Of a stretch of 44,614 nt of DNA, positions 15,126 through 25,062 are shown in pieces. How positions within the stretch are numbered: position 1 is the first letter of the stretch; each line of letters starts with the position of its first letter. A model generated the notes under the pieces. The model searched no databases, was not told where the DNA came from, and was given only the letters and a program-made list of their open reading frames with translations. The DNA comes from a virus. The stretch covers positions 1 through 44,614 of the IMG/VR virus record IMGVR_UViG_3300045988_007107; one strand, 5' to 3'. The translations under genes and the position numbers were made by a program.

Positions 15126-15275
15126 AGGCTTAAAAATGTCCCCTGCCAACGAAAAGATGTAAAATATAAAAATAAATGAAAGCTATAAAGACTTGATTTT
15201 GCTAGGTTTTTATAGTTTTTATTTTTATTTATTTCCGTGTTTTTCCGAAAAAGGTGGACAGAATTGTGGACAAAA
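15083..15275 (+). repeat. Two pairs of GTGGACARAA direct repeats, putative integrase arm-type sites bracketing part of attP
   Basis: gtggacagaatgtggacaaaa lies at 15083-15103, inside the int 3' end. gtggacagaattgtggacaaaa lies at 15254-15275. The AT-rich DNA between them has short inverted repeats. Confidence 0.5.
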
Positions 15276-15376
15276 AAAGAACTGCCGAAACAGTCCTTGA
15301 CCAAATATGAAAACCCACCCGTAAAGGTGGCGTCTACCTATGAAGGTTACTCATCAAAACTATATCTAGTATAACA

Positions 15377-15406
15377 CAAAAAAAGCCCCAGCACAATGCT
15401 GAGGCT
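15377..15406 (-). terminator. Rho-independent terminator of the late (lysis) operon
   Basis: The minus strand reads agcctcagca-ttg-tgctggggct followed by TTTTTTT. It lies about 85 nt downstream of the endolysin stop codon. Confidence 0.75.
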
Positions 15407-15489
15407 TCGACCACTACTGCCATGATATCCCTACTGCAGTGTGAGGGGAGGTGATATACTCCTTTTATTTTATTTGTTTCGTGGTCTGA

Positions 15490-16896
15490 TTATTTACCAG
15501 TTTGACCTTGTGTAGCTTGTGCTCGGTCTTCGATTTGCTTAATCACTGCCACGTTTGCTTCACGGATAGCTTGTTCTACCCCTTTAATGTCGTTGCTTTG
15601 ACTTTCAAGGAAGCGTTTAAAATCACCATCATCCAATTGCAAACGTTTAGCACCTACTCCTTCAAGAGTGTCAACCGTACTCATTGAACCGATACCAAAT
15701 ACACGGCCATTAACGACTGCCACCCAGCCTTCTGCTCCAGATTCACTTCTTACTACAAAATTCATAATATCTTCTTCCTCTTTCTTTTTCTTAAAACTAT
15801 CACCGACGATTACCACGTTCTTATCCAACCCACCAGCAATTCCTGTACTTGTAAATTGCCACCATTTCGTGTGGCTCATGTTAGGATAAATCTCCCAGAC
15901 CGGATGCGGTGTTACATCATAGTTTGGATAAGCTGCAATCCATAAGCTATTCGGATAGCGTGCAGTGATTTGATCTACATACACATTAGCTAGTGTGTAC
16001 GGCTTGTAACTGTAATAGATAGGCTCGAAGCCGTTTGACTTACAAACGTCCATGAATGCCAATACTGCATTGGTGTTAGCTTGCTTGTCCCCACTAGCTC
16101 CGTCCTCATAGTCACATACAAGGTATTTAGGTCGTGATGGTAGATTACTAACAAAGTAATTTGCTTCAGCTTGTGCAGTGCCTACATCACCACCGAAACG
16201 AGCGAAATGATAGTAACCAATACAGTTACTTGTGTTGGTTTGTTGTGCCATAACTGGACTTAACCATCCGACACCCTCTGAAACCTTAATAATAGTATTC
16301 CTAGTGCCAGACGCTTGGCAAATTCCAGTGAGGTCTGCTGATTGGTAGGCTGATACATCGATGAAGTAATCGCCTTTGTTCATGCCTTCGGTTTCTAAAT
16401 CGTCTCCAGCACCATCAAATGGCAATTCAAACCAACCAACCATTTGCTGAGTTGGCGCATTCCAGTCAATATAACTGAAATTACCGGCACTATCGAGGTT
16501 CCTTGTTACCTTGCGAGTCCAACCGCCATTATAGAGGGCATCTCCATTCCTATCGATATTCTGTTCAACGGTGGTAACTGTCCCGTCTGGGTTCTCTGCG
16601 ACTACGAAACCGATATGTCCGAATTGGTGGTATGGCAAGCAGTTAGTTACCCAAACACTCCCCACTGGCGGATTGTTAGCACCGTTAAAGCGTGTGACTT
16701 TAAGCCCTAGACTTTCAGCACGGCTTAAGCCATCGATGGCATTTAAGTAGCTGAAATCAAGGTTAAACAAGCCTTGATATTGCAAAACGTTGTCAATCAA
16801 AGCCACACATTGCCCGCCATAAGGGTTAGTGGGGACAGTGACACGTTGATTAACGAGACTATCAAGCGTGTTTAATAATTGTGCTTTAGATGTCAT
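15490..16896 (-). CDS. Endolysin with an N-terminal CHAP domain, a central GH25 muramidase domain and an unassigned C-terminal domain
   Basis: CHAP motifs: YGGQCVALI ... FGHIGFVV ... EQN. GH25 motifs: DVSAYQ ... IIKVSEG ... CDYED ... WWQFTS. It is the last gene of the late operon. Confidence 0.85.
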   Translation of the reverse strand: MTSKAQLLNTLDSLVNQRVTVPTNPYGGQCVALIDNVLQYQGLFNLDFSYLNAIDGLSRAESLGLKVTRFNGANNPPVGSVWVTNCLPYHQFGHIGFVVAENPDGTVTTVEQNIDRNGDALYNGGWTRKVTRNLDSAGNFSYIDWNAPTQQMVGWFELPFDGAGDDLETEGMNKGDYFIDVSAYQSADLTGICQASGTRNTIIKVSEGVGWLSPVMAQQTNTSNCIGYYHFARFGGDVGTAQAEANYFVSNLPSRPKYLVCDYEDGASGDKQANTNAVLAFMDVCKSNGFEPIYYSYKPYTLANVYVDQITARYPNSLWIAAYPNYDVTPHPVWEIYPNMSHTKWWQFTSTGIAGGLDKNVVIVGDSFKKKKEEEDIMNFVVRSESGAEGWVAVVNGRVFGIGSMSTVDTLEGVGAKRLQLDDGDFKRFLESQSNDIKGVEQAIREANVAVIKQIEDRAQATQGQTGK

Positions 16897-16914
16897 AGGT
16901 CTCCTTTCTCATAA

Positions 16915-17187
16915 TTATTTTTGAATGCTCTGTTTAATCTCCGAGATAGTTCTCTCCAACTCTTCGACCTTCTGTTTTAAAGCTTCAATTTCACTTGTAG
17001 GTAATTGTGATTTTGTTACAATTGGGTCTTCCGCAAATTTATTTTGTTCTAAAACCTGCAGAAAAAAGTTATTATATGTCGGAAATAACCCATACGCTTG
17101 GTTGATAGTCAACGATGAGGATTGTTTATCTTTAATCTCGCCAATATCACGGCCAATGGCTTCAATGGCCTTGCTTAAATTGCTCAT
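16915..17187 (-). CDS. Hypothetical coiled-coil protein, 90 aa, whose N-terminus is paralogous to the next ORF
   Basis: MSNLSKAIEAIGRDIGEIK aligns with MSKLHDFAQAVGADIKEIK of ORF 17201..17536 at 10 of 19 residues. The RBS is GGGGGTGA. Confidence 0.6.
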   Translation of the reverse strand: MSNLSKAIEAIGRDIGEIKDKQSSSLTINQAYGLFPTYNNFFLQVLEQNKFAEDPIVTKSQLPTSEIEALKQKVEELERTISEIKQSIQK

Positions 17188-17200
17188 AATTCACCCCCTA

Positions 17201-17536
17201 TTAGAGAGTGTTTTTTGCAGTATTGTATACACTCACATAGTCTTCTTGCTCGATAGTGTCGAGACGAGTTCCCAATTCGGTCATTTTCGAAATGATACCA
17301 CTATCGGTATTGCCGCCAGCAGCGGTGATTTTATCAGCAAGCTCTTTAAGAGTATCAAGCTCTTCAGGAGCGCCACCAATAAGGTCAGTTTTAGCTTGTG
17401 CAATTGCGGTGTTAAGTTGGTCTTGAGTGATGCCGTTGGCGGTCACTTCCCCTTTCTCGGCTTTGCTAGCCAATGCTGTTTTAATTTCCTTGATGTCTGC
17501 ACCAACGGCTTGGGCGAAATCATGTAATTTACTCAT
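17201..17536 (-). CDS. Hypothetical fibre-like protein, 111 aa
   Basis: It contains LIGGAPEELDTLKELADKI, a motif I associate with phage tail-fibre shafts. It shares the N-terminal motif of ORF 16915..17187. Confidence 0.55.
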   Translation of the reverse strand: MSKLHDFAQAVGADIKEIKTALASKAEKGEVTANGITQDQLNTAIAQAKTDLIGGAPEELDTLKELADKITAAGGNTDSGIISKMTELGTRLDTIEQEDYVSVYNTAKNTL

Positions 17537-17548
17537 TTAGTTTTCCTT

Positions 17549-18001
17549 TCAAATTTTAGCTAGATTGTAGATGTTAACGAGGTCTTCTGTGATCTCAGTG
17601 CCACCACTGATTAAGCCAGAATCTCGCAATTCATCCGCTAGTAGTTTTAGTTTAGGGCTCTTGTCCGATGGAATAGCACTGTCTGCATTCAGTGAGTTTT
17701 TCACTTTCACCTTAAAGTTATTAGACGGGAAGATATGTCCATCTAGTTTAATTTCAAGGTAGTAAGTGCCAGTAGCTACCACGTTACCCATTGAGAATGA
17801 GAATCGACCACTCTCAACAGTAACATCTTGATAAAGTGCCACTGTTTCGTCATTGGATAGCGTCAGCTTACCAGTGCCAGACAGCTCCATGCGTTTTCCA
17901 TCAGCCCCTAGAATTTCAAAACCAAAGACTGAGGTAACATCCCCAGACTTGAGAATGTCGCCCCCTTCGATTTGGTTGATAGAGGTCATGAGTTTAGCCA
18001 T
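17549..18001 (-). CDS. Hypothetical beta-rich (Ig-like?) protein, 150 aa
   Basis: ORF track. The RBS is GAGGAC, 6 nt upstream. The composition alternates beta-strand-like segments (GTYYLEIKLDGHIFPSNNFKVKV). Confidence 0.55.
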   Translation of the reverse strand: MAKLMTSINQIEGGDILKSGDVTSVFGFEILGADGKRMELSGTGKLTLSNDETVALYQDVTVESGRFSFSMGNVVATGTYYLEIKLDGHIFPSNNFKVKVKNSLNADSAIPSDKSPKLKLLADELRDSGLISGGTEITEDLVNIYNLAKI

Positions 18002-18004
18002 AAG

Positions 18005-18280
18005 CTAGTCCTCATAAGGTTTAGTATATGATAGTGCTCGTTCGCTATCGCTAAGACCTTTCGTCGTTGGATCTGGGAACATATTCAAGGCGTTGAACAC
18101 TGTCAAACCTACCAAGTATGGATTAGACAAGAATCTGCCAAACAATCCAAACAAAGCTCCCCAACTTGTGATATCTTCAAACTTGATACCAAAGTAAGCC
18201 AAAACTGGCAACACCAAAGCTAGTGCAAAGCGTGTTACGAATGTACGGTTTTTAAAACGAATAGACCAGTTAATTTTCAT
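18005..18280 (-). CDS. Holin, phi LC3 family
   Basis: MKINWSIRFKNRTFVTRFALALVLPVLAYFGI ... FPDPTTKGLSDSERALSY matches the characteristic phi LC3 holin pattern. Confidence 0.8.
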   Translation of the reverse strand: MKINWSIRFKNRTFVTRFALALVLPVLAYFGIKFEDITSWGALFGLFGRFLSNPYLVGLTVFNALNMFPDPTTKGLSDSERALSYTKPYED

Positions 18281-18281
18281 G

Positions 18282-18698
18282 TTAGTTCCTCACTTCTAAA
18301 TTAATATATTTTTTATAAAGGGCATCAATGTACCCGTTGCCACCTAATTTCTTATAACTGGAGTGCATTTTATGGATAACATCCGAATTGTGAACGGTGG
18401 TATATCCACGCTCTAATTCTTTGTTAATATCACGTTCTAAACGTAGATACATAGTTACCAAATGTGCTTCATCATGCACTACCAGCTTGTCATTTAATTC
18501 GTTGATTTTCTCGCTGTTTGATTCACCGATTTGTTGAATAGTTTCAACCGAATCATGGATGTTGTTCAACTCGCCTTTTAAATCTCCGAATTGTGATTTA
18601 CTTAAATTAGCTGACTTGCTAGCTTTCATCCCAAACCAGCCCGTTGCTATCACTCCAATAGTAGGGGCAAGGTGGTCAATCAAATCAGAAATATTCAA
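18282..18698 (-). CDS. Hypothetical protein with an N-terminal hydrophobic segment, 138 aa (TTG start)
   Basis: ORF track. The TTG start at 18698 is preceded by AAGAGGT 8 nt upstream. The hydrophobic stretch is APTIGVIATGWFGM. Confidence 0.55.
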   Translation of the reverse strand: MNISDLIDHLAPTIGVIATGWFGMKASKSANLSKSQFGDLKGELNNIHDSVETIQQIGESNSEKINELNDKLVVHDEAHLVTMYLRLERDINKELERGYTTVHNSDVIHKMHSSYKKLGGNGYIDALYKKYINLEVRN

Positions 18699-18733
18699 TG
18701 TACTTTACCTCTTTTATTTTTTACCCCCATTTT

Positions 18734-20722
18734 TTAATTGTCTTCAGTGATGTAAGTAACTGTCCCGGTGTAGACAGACGGTTCTTGCGATTGGTTGGTT
18801 AAGAAAATCTCGCCATTGGGTGAAAACGTCCAAACAGCAACATCACTGTGTTTGGTGCTGACATTCTTGTTAGCTACAAGATGGACGGGAATGGACGGCC
18901 TAAAGCCGTTTGGGATGGAATTTTGTTCCATCTTCCCATTTTCGTAAACTCCGACTTTGTAGACGCTTCTATTTATCGAAGCGGTCACAACCGAGCCTTT
19001 TTTAACAAGAGAAATTTTCACATCCCATCCTAAATCCACTTCTCTTTTTATGATTGCGGGTTCTGGTTTCTCTTGTTTTGGCGTGTACTCAATCCATGAA
19101 CTGTTGGAATTACTGGTTACTGTCCGTTTGAACATGCGACCAGAAACAGTCGTTAGTGTTTGATGATAACCGGATGTACTTTCCACAACTTCTAAGAAAC
19201 CACCCTCGCCTTGTGCTGGATGATTTTTGTAATTACCCGCTATTGAGTAGAACCCCGTGGTTTTGTAGTCGTTTAAATTAGCTACTTTGTTATCGATTGC
19301 TGCACCGTTTGGTTCGGTCAGTTTATGGTGTTGTATCTGTTTTCGGTCCGAGTAAATCAAACCGTTAACATCTAACGCACCCATTTCACGGTATTTCCCA
19401 ATACCGACGCCATCACGTTCGTAGCTCATCACTACCTTATCCGTGGATACTGTGATAACAAACTCTGTGTATGAGAACTTATCTTCAACACGCCCCAAAA
19501 CCTCCCAAGAGGTATCGGCTGGATATTTGCCATTTAGATTGGCATCCGAGCCATTTAATTCAGAAATATTCTGCCACTCGTTTGTGCTATCTGTCGTATA
19601 TCCAGCAGTACCAACTTTTCGTGTTTTGAAAATCAGTTTAGTTGTGTTTTTTTGTGTTCCGTTAACAGATAGCGGTGCTACTTTTAAGAAGCGTTTCAAT
19701 GTGATTGTGTCTAGTTTTTCGCCCGTCCGTTTGGCTTCAAAACGTAGTGTAGGGTTAAAGTAAGCTAACACTGTTATGGTTTGCTCTCGCCAATCCGACC
19801 AAAAACCACGACTGTCTTGGACTTTAGCTCTAACAGTCATTTGCTTGTCGGTCATCGTTGACGGAACCGTAAGCGTGCCATTGTTCGACTGTACCGAACT
19901 ATTCCCGCTTACAATCTCAGCGTAGTATCCAGTTATTGAAGCCCCAGCAGCACCTTGACCGCCGTTAAAAACGACTTTGATACGTGACAAAGTGCTGACA
20001 AAATGCGTAGGGCTAGGGATAAGGTTTTGTGTCACTGGGTTTGTGTCCGATAAACTAAAACCAGTGAAACCCGGCTTAAAGAGATTAGTCGGGATATTGA
20101 CCGTGATTTTTCGGATGTCCCTTCCTCTTTCAATCCCGTCGGCGTATGAGATGTAAGTTATCGTACCGGTACCGCTTGCTGAGTTAGGGAATTGATTGGC
20201 TATTTCAACAGGCGGAATCCATGTAAAACTAGAATCTACATCGTCACCAGCAATTTTTTGATCCCAGTCTCCAACACGCACCCAAATAGAATGTCGCATC
20301 CACGCTTCACGTTTGGTAATGTTGATGGTCACTGGTTTAGCAATTTCAGCCGTCACATCCGCACCATAGCTGGCACGGGAGATGGTAGTTAAGACAAGAG
20401 CTGCATTGTTAATAGGTATTACCTTATTATTGCTCTTATTCTTAAATTCTCCACGATAATACACTGTACGAGTACCGTCTCCGTCGTGTGGAATGGTAAC
20501 CTCTTGGTCAATCAGCATAGCGGTTTGATTGGGTTCAACGGTTAGCGTGCCAGAGTTGGCTAAACGCTTCCCGCCGTCATAGTCAATGTACGCTTCCCAA
20601 GGAACACCAGACACCTTAGTGTCTCCGTTTTCCCAATAGAGCTGTAAACGCACTTGTGATGTATTGCTATCAATATTCGAGCTAGCTTCATAAGCACGTA
20701 GGACTGCTTTTCCTCCAGCCAT
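18734..20722 (-). CDS. Distal tail / baseplate protein, candidate receptor-binding protein, 662 aa
   Basis: It lies immediately after Tal with a TAATG overlap and GGAGG upstream. The composition is beta-rich. No specific family was assigned. Confidence 0.6.
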   Translation of the reverse strand: MAGGKAVLRAYEASSNIDSNTSQVRLQLYWENGDTKVSGVPWEAYIDYDGGKRLANSGTLTVEPNQTAMLIDQEVTIPHDGDGTRTVYYRGEFKNKSNNKVIPINNAALVLTTISRASYGADVTAEIAKPVTINITKREAWMRHSIWVRVGDWDQKIAGDDVDSSFTWIPPVEIANQFPNSASGTGTITYISYADGIERGRDIRKITVNIPTNLFKPGFTGFSLSDTNPVTQNLIPSPTHFVSTLSRIKVVFNGGQGAAGASITGYYAEIVSGNSSVQSNNGTLTVPSTMTDKQMTVRAKVQDSRGFWSDWREQTITVLAYFNPTLRFEAKRTGEKLDTITLKRFLKVAPLSVNGTQKNTTKLIFKTRKVGTAGYTTDSTNEWQNISELNGSDANLNGKYPADTSWEVLGRVEDKFSYTEFVITVSTDKVVMSYERDGVGIGKYREMGALDVNGLIYSDRKQIQHHKLTEPNGAAIDNKVANLNDYKTTGFYSIAGNYKNHPAQGEGGFLEVVESTSGYHQTLTTVSGRMFKRTVTSNSNSSWIEYTPKQEKPEPAIIKREVDLGWDVKISLVKKGSVVTASINRSVYKVGVYENGKMEQNSIPNGFRPSIPVHLVANKNVSTKHSDVAVWTFSPNGEIFLTNQSQEPSVYTGTVTYITEDN

Positions 20723-23700
20723 TAATAATTACCTCCTACCCATTTAATTACGTTTCGGTTTGGGTCAATTAAGTCTTGTTCCTCACGATAGTAACCGATT
20801 TGAATACTCTTTGAGAAGATACCGTTTTCGATATGAATAACACCTTTATCGATGTACATTACTTCGGTACCAGCACTAAACATAGAAATACGTTTATCTG
20901 AAACCAACACTGAGTTAGAACCATCGTTTTTACCAATAGTCAAGCCCTCGTTGGATGCTCGCATGTAATTGTCGAGGAAGTTCCAACGCTGAGAAGTTTC
21001 ACCTAGGTCGTTTTGCAGTTTTACAATACGTTGACTAGCTTCAACCAAAGCTTTTTCAGTCTTGTTCTTGTTTTCTTGATTCGTTGACAAGAAATCTTGA
21101 TAGGCTTTCACCCATTGATTCACCGTATCAAGAGACGCTTTAGCTCTCAATTCCGCTTGAACGATGGAATTAAGCTCGTTCAATTTATTGATTTGATCTT
21201 GCGTTAATGCACTATCGGCCTTGCTATCTAGCTTGCCTTTTAAATCTTTTGGCGATGCTTGCCACGCTCGGTCAGTGGTACCCTCGTAGCAATCCAGCTC
21301 TGTGAAGAATAACAACGATTCACTGTCGTTAGTCGTGCCTTTGTTGTCAATGCGAATGAAACCTTCATCACATTCACCAGAATTGAAGGTCAGATGCCAC
21401 TTAGCCAATCCCGTTGTTGACGGTGAGCCGTTGTGCGATTTGAATTTAACTACTTTAGTAAACGTTTTGTTCGTTTCGTTTGACTTACGGCCAAGGAAAT
21501 AGATATCAACTCCCTTGATGTTACCAGTAGCGAACGCTTGGATATTGACCGAATAATCAGTGTTGCGTTTGACTGGGAAACGTAGCGTAGATGCTGGGAG
21601 TGATGATGATGCTCTTAGCAAAAACAGTGGTCTAGCGCCATTGTAGTAAAAACCATGACTTGAAATGGACAGATTAGCGTTTGGCTGTGTATATTCCCAG
21701 AAGCCCCAATTATCAAGATTTTCTGGGAATGCTGAGTTAACGATTAGGTTTTCACCACCGACTGACACACTGCCAGTCATGTCATTCCAAGTGTAATCTG
21801 CTGGGTTGGTACTGTCCGATTGATCGAAATTAGTACACACACCCAAATAGCGCTTGTTTCCGTTTTGCGTCAAACTAAAACCAGTCCGACCATCCGAGCT
21901 ATCGGCGTAGGCGAAATGGACGTAAGGTGTGCGTCCGTCTGCTCCAGCCTTGCCGGGAATACCATCACGCCCGTCAGTACCCTTCCACTTGCTCCATCGG
22001 TAATCTTGTGGGTTTCGGCTATCTGTGGCATTGAAATCTTGATACATACCAATGAATGGTTTATTAGTATCAGTTTGACTAAAACCGCCACCAGAAACCG
22101 TGTCAGCGTAGGCTATGTGGGTGTACTGTGTCTTACCATCAGCACCCTTAACGCCTGGTATACCTTGGTCGCCTTTTGGTCCTTGCAAACCTTGTGGGCC
22201 ACGCTCACCCGGTAAACCTCTAGGGCCTTGCTCTCCACGGTCTCCCTTAGCGCCATCATTCCCTTTAGGGCCTTGTTCACCTTTAGCACCTTGAGGTCCT
22301 TGCTCACCGATTTTAGAAACTGAATACCCGGTTTCGTTCGTATTATCGGTATAGCTCCAAACTGTCTTCGTCCAAAGGAACTGCCCCGCTGGCACGTTTG
22401 GCACTTGACTAGTCCAACCAGTTGTTGGTGCTACTGTGCCGGATGTCCCTTGCGCATAAGTGATCGTAGTGCTACGAATACCCACCCCGTCTTTACCAGC
22501 TATACCATTGTTACCGTCATTACCATCTCTAGCAACATAGGTCTTTTGATACCCTGTTTCAGTGGTGTTATCAGTATAGGTCCAGACTGTTTTCGTCCAA
22601 AACCATTGCCCTTTAACTAACGATGGCGGGTTTTGGTACCACGCCGTAGGTGGCACGGTTTCAGCCATAGATAGACCATATAGAACGCTAGTGTTTCTAA
22701 TTCCGATACCATTCTTACCCGGTATCCCATCGTTCCCACGGTCCCCCTTCGGTCCTTGTTCGCCCATTTTGGCAACAGAAAAACCTTGCTCGCTCGTACC
22801 GTCTGAGTAGAACCATGTTGTTCTTGTCCAGAGGTATTCGCCGGGATTGACCGTTGGAATGTCTGGGGACCATACGCCATCTTCAAATACGATGTTTTTA
22901 ATCCAAATCGAATTATCTGTAGCGTAGGCGTTGACACGAATCTCATAGTCGCCAGTCGGGCGGTTGTGCGTGTATCGTGTGCCGTTTGCAGTGTTGCTAT
23001 CAGAAATAATCGCCCATGTACTAAAACTTGGATTGACAATCCAAACCGTAGCGTTGTTATTACTAGTTGCCGTATTGTGCTGATTAGTGAAACTGCCGTT
23101 CGTTTCAGCGGATAAGATGTAAGTCTTGCCTTGTTCCAAACGAACTTTTAGATCAGTGGTGATATTATTATCGATACTTGACCGATTCGGCTTAATCTCG
23201 TTAGGGAAATTAGCTACCACACTGCCAGACGGCTTATTTACACCGTCCGTAGATTTCGCATAACGCAATGTGGTATTAACCAACCCAACCCCGTCTTTAC
23301 CCGGTAGCCCATCATCACCTTTGGAGCCGTTTTGTGGAATGTATGTTTTTTGATACCCAGTTTCACTAGATAGGTCTGTATACATCCATTGCGTTTTGGT
23401 CCAAAGGTATTTACCTTTAACCAAAATCGGTGGGTTTGCTGTCCAGCTCGTAGGCATCACAGTGTCACTATCGCTCATGCCATAAGTGATAGTGGTAGAT
23501 TTGAGACCTACACCGTTTTTTCCGGGTAAGCCGTCATTACCTCTATCGCCTTTGTCCCCTTTAGGTCCGGGGTCGCCTTTAGCGCCGTTCTTACCGTCTG
23601 AGACATTTAAAAAAGTAACTTCTTCCGAAGCTACTTCTTTGTTATCTACCCACGCTGAAACCGTCAAGGCGGTTGGTTGGGTAATTTCTGACGCTACCAT

Positions 23701-25062
23701 GTCGTAGGTCATTCCAACATATTTGATTTCACCGTTAATCACGAAACGCCATGTCGCATTAACTGTTTTATCGCCTTGTCTCAAGACTGGTCTAACAGTA
23801 GAGCGACCAACACCGTTTTTAAATGCCGTCCCGTTCGTGGTTGTGATCTCAACACGATATGGCAAGGCTCTTGCTGCGATTTCATCAATACGCTGTTGCA
23901 ACTCATTTGATGGCTTATTAACGATTTTACGGTAATTCGAAAACACCACCGAGTTATTCAACGGCATATCGAAACTGACAATCATTTCAGTTACACGAGC
24001 TTCTAAGGCTAGTCCATCTCTAAAATTGCTATTGATAATTTTGACGGTGTCCCCTAGGTTAACATCCTTATAGTTTTCCATAAAACTAGAATGGACATCA
24101 ACGGTATAAGTCATCAATGGATAAGCATATTGCTTAATGGTACGCAATGCGTAGCCTTTTAGTGAATTAACATCCTTGTATTCAGTTTGAAAGTCCTTAC
24201 GTGTCCAGTTATCAGCGTTGTTTGGATTCATCGTTGATGGGTAACGCTCCCTAGATAGTGGAGCGAACACATAACTACTACCTTTTCGTGAATAGAACTC
24301 TACTTGTCCAAGCTCGTTCTTTTCTTCAAACTCGACACTTTCAAGGTTAACACCATCCGCACCAGTGAACACCCCAGCATTAAATAGCTGGGTTTTGTCA
24401 CTCGTTACTTGAACGCCTTTGAGTTCATTCTGATAATGTAACACCACATCCCCACGAGCCTTGCCAATACCGTGGTGGTTTTCGTCTGGAATCTGGTAGA
24501 TATCAATAGTAAAACGCTTGATTGTACCGTCTCGGTTCAATTCGGTACGGAAAGCAAACTCAGCTTCAAACTTAGACATGAGACTGTGTAACTGTGCCAG
24601 TTTTGTCTCTTGTGGCTCAAACTCAAGTGTCCTTGTCTTGTCTGATACCTCATTAACACCAATTTCAAGGTTGGTAAACCCTAGAATTTCAAGGTGTTCG
24701 AGGTACCATGCAATGCTTTGAGCTCCATTACTTTTAAGAGCAACCGACTGCTCTTGTGCCAATTCCAAGTTGGTGTTATTACAAGTGACTTGGAATGATG
24801 TATCATTCTCAATAAGTTGCGACACATAGAAAACTCGATAAGAGTTATCGTAATAAAACGAAACAAACATATCGTCTTTGATATATTTGATGTCTTCATG
24901 CAGTTTTCCATTGACAATCTTAGGAATTGTGAAATCGAATGTACTCGTTGCGTATTCAAGATAAGGATGCCATTGACTATTGGAATATGGCAACATGCCA
25001 GGAACGTTGTTGTTCAAGGCACAAACCTTACGCATGTTCTTGTCATGAATCCAAATTTGCAT
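20722..25062 (-). CDS. Tail-associated (Tal) / host-specificity protein with multiple collagen-like Gly-X-Y tracts and repeated modules
   Basis: The N-terminal roughly 400 aa look like a prophage tail endopeptidase/Tal. There are six Gly-X-Y tracts, for example [68 protein letters not shown]...ETGY modules repeat. The preferred start is the ATG at 25062, in a TAATG overlap with Dit. Confidence 0.8.
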   Translation of the reverse strand: MQIWIHDKNMRKVCALNNNVPGMLPYSNSQWHPYLEYATSTFDFTIPKIVNGKLHEDIKYIKDDMFVSFYYDNSYRVFYVSQLIENDTSFQVTCNNTNLELAQEQSVALKSNGAQSIAWYLEHLEILGFTNLEIGVNEVSDKTRTLEFEPQETKLAQLHSLMSKFEAEFAFRTELNRDGTIKRFTIDIYQIPDENHHGIGKARGDVVLHYQNELKGVQVTSDKTQLFNAGVFTGADGVNLESVEFEEKNELGQVEFYSRKGSSYVFAPLSRERYPSTMNPNNADNWTRKDFQTEYKDVNSLKGYALRTIKQYAYPLMTYTVDVHSSFMENYKDVNLGDTVKIINSNFRDGLALEARVTEMIVSFDMPLNNSVVFSNYRKIVNKPSNELQQRIDEIAARALPYRVEITTTNGTAFKNGVGRSTVRPVLRQGDKTVNATWRFVINGEIKYVGMTYDMVASEITQPTALTVSAWVDNKEVASEEVTFLNVSDGKNGAKGDPGPKGDKGDRGNDGLPGKNGVGLKSTTITYGMSDSDTVMPTSWTANPPILVKGKYLWTKTQWMYTDLSSETGYQKTYIPQNGSKGDDGLPGKDGVGLVNTTLRYAKSTDGVNKPSGSVVANFPNEIKPNRSSIDNNITTDLKVRLEQGKTYILSAETNGSFTNQHNTATSNNNATVWIVNPSFSTWAIISDSNTANGTRYTHNRPTGDYEIRVNAYATDNSIWIKNIVFEDGVWSPDIPTVNPGEYLWTRTTWFYSDGTSEQGFSVAKMGEQGPKGDRGNDGIPGKNGIGIRNTSVLYGLSMAETVPPTAWYQNPPSLVKGQWFWTKTVWTYTDNTTETGYQKTYVARDGNDGNNGIAGKDGVGIRSTTITYAQGTSGTVAPTTGWTSQVPNVPAGQFLWTKTVWSYTDNTNETGYSVSKIGEQGPQGAKGEQGPKGNDGAKGDRGEQGPRGLPGERGPQGLQGPKGDQGIPGVKGADGKTQYTHIAYADTVSGGGFSQTDTNKPFIGMYQDFNATDSRNPQDYRWSKWKGTDGRDGIPGKAGADGRTPYVHFAYADSSDGRTGFSLTQNGNKRYLGVCTNFDQSDSTNPADYTWNDMTGSVSVGGENLIVNSAFPENLDNWGFWEYTQPNANLSISSHGFYYNGARPLFLLRASSSLPASTLRFPVKRNTDYSVNIQAFATGNIKGVDIYFLGRKSNETNKTFTKVVKFKSHNGSPSTTGLAKWHLTFNSGECDEGFIRIDNKGTTNDSESLLFFTELDCYEGTTDRAWQASPKDLKGKLDSKADSALTQDQINKLNELNSIVQAELRAKASLDTVNQWVKAYQDFLSTNQENKNKTEKALVEASQRIVKLQNDLGETSQRWNFLDNYMRASNEGLTIGKNDGSNSVLVSDKRISMFSAGTEVMYIDKGVIHIENGIFSKSIQIGYYREEQDLIDPNRNVIKWVGGNY

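Noticed and set aside
15122-15304. A 60-aa minus-strand ORF in the int-lysin intergenic region
   Set aside because: It lies in AT-rich attP-type DNA, has no RBS, and gives a low-complexity K/N/F/L-rich product. It overlaps the repeats interpreted as integrase arm sites.
15334-15423. A 29-aa hydrophobic minus-strand ORF (MAVVVEASALCWGFFCVILDIVLMSNLHR) next to attP, reminiscent of type I toxin peptides
   Set aside because: The Shine-Dalgarno sequence is weak (AGGGA, 4-nt spacing). The ORF contains the late-operon terminator hairpin and U-run, so a terminated transcript could not encode it. The hydrophobicity is largely a translation artefact of the GC-stem/T-run.
16925-17527. A 200-aa plus-strand ORF spanning two minus-strand genes in the lysis region
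   Set aside because: Its translation (MLCLISEIVLSNSSTFCFKAS...) is Cys/Ser/Leu/Phe-rich with no motifs or RBS. The two minus-strand ORFs have good Shine-Dalgarno sites, coiled-coil-like composition and mutually paralogous N-termini.
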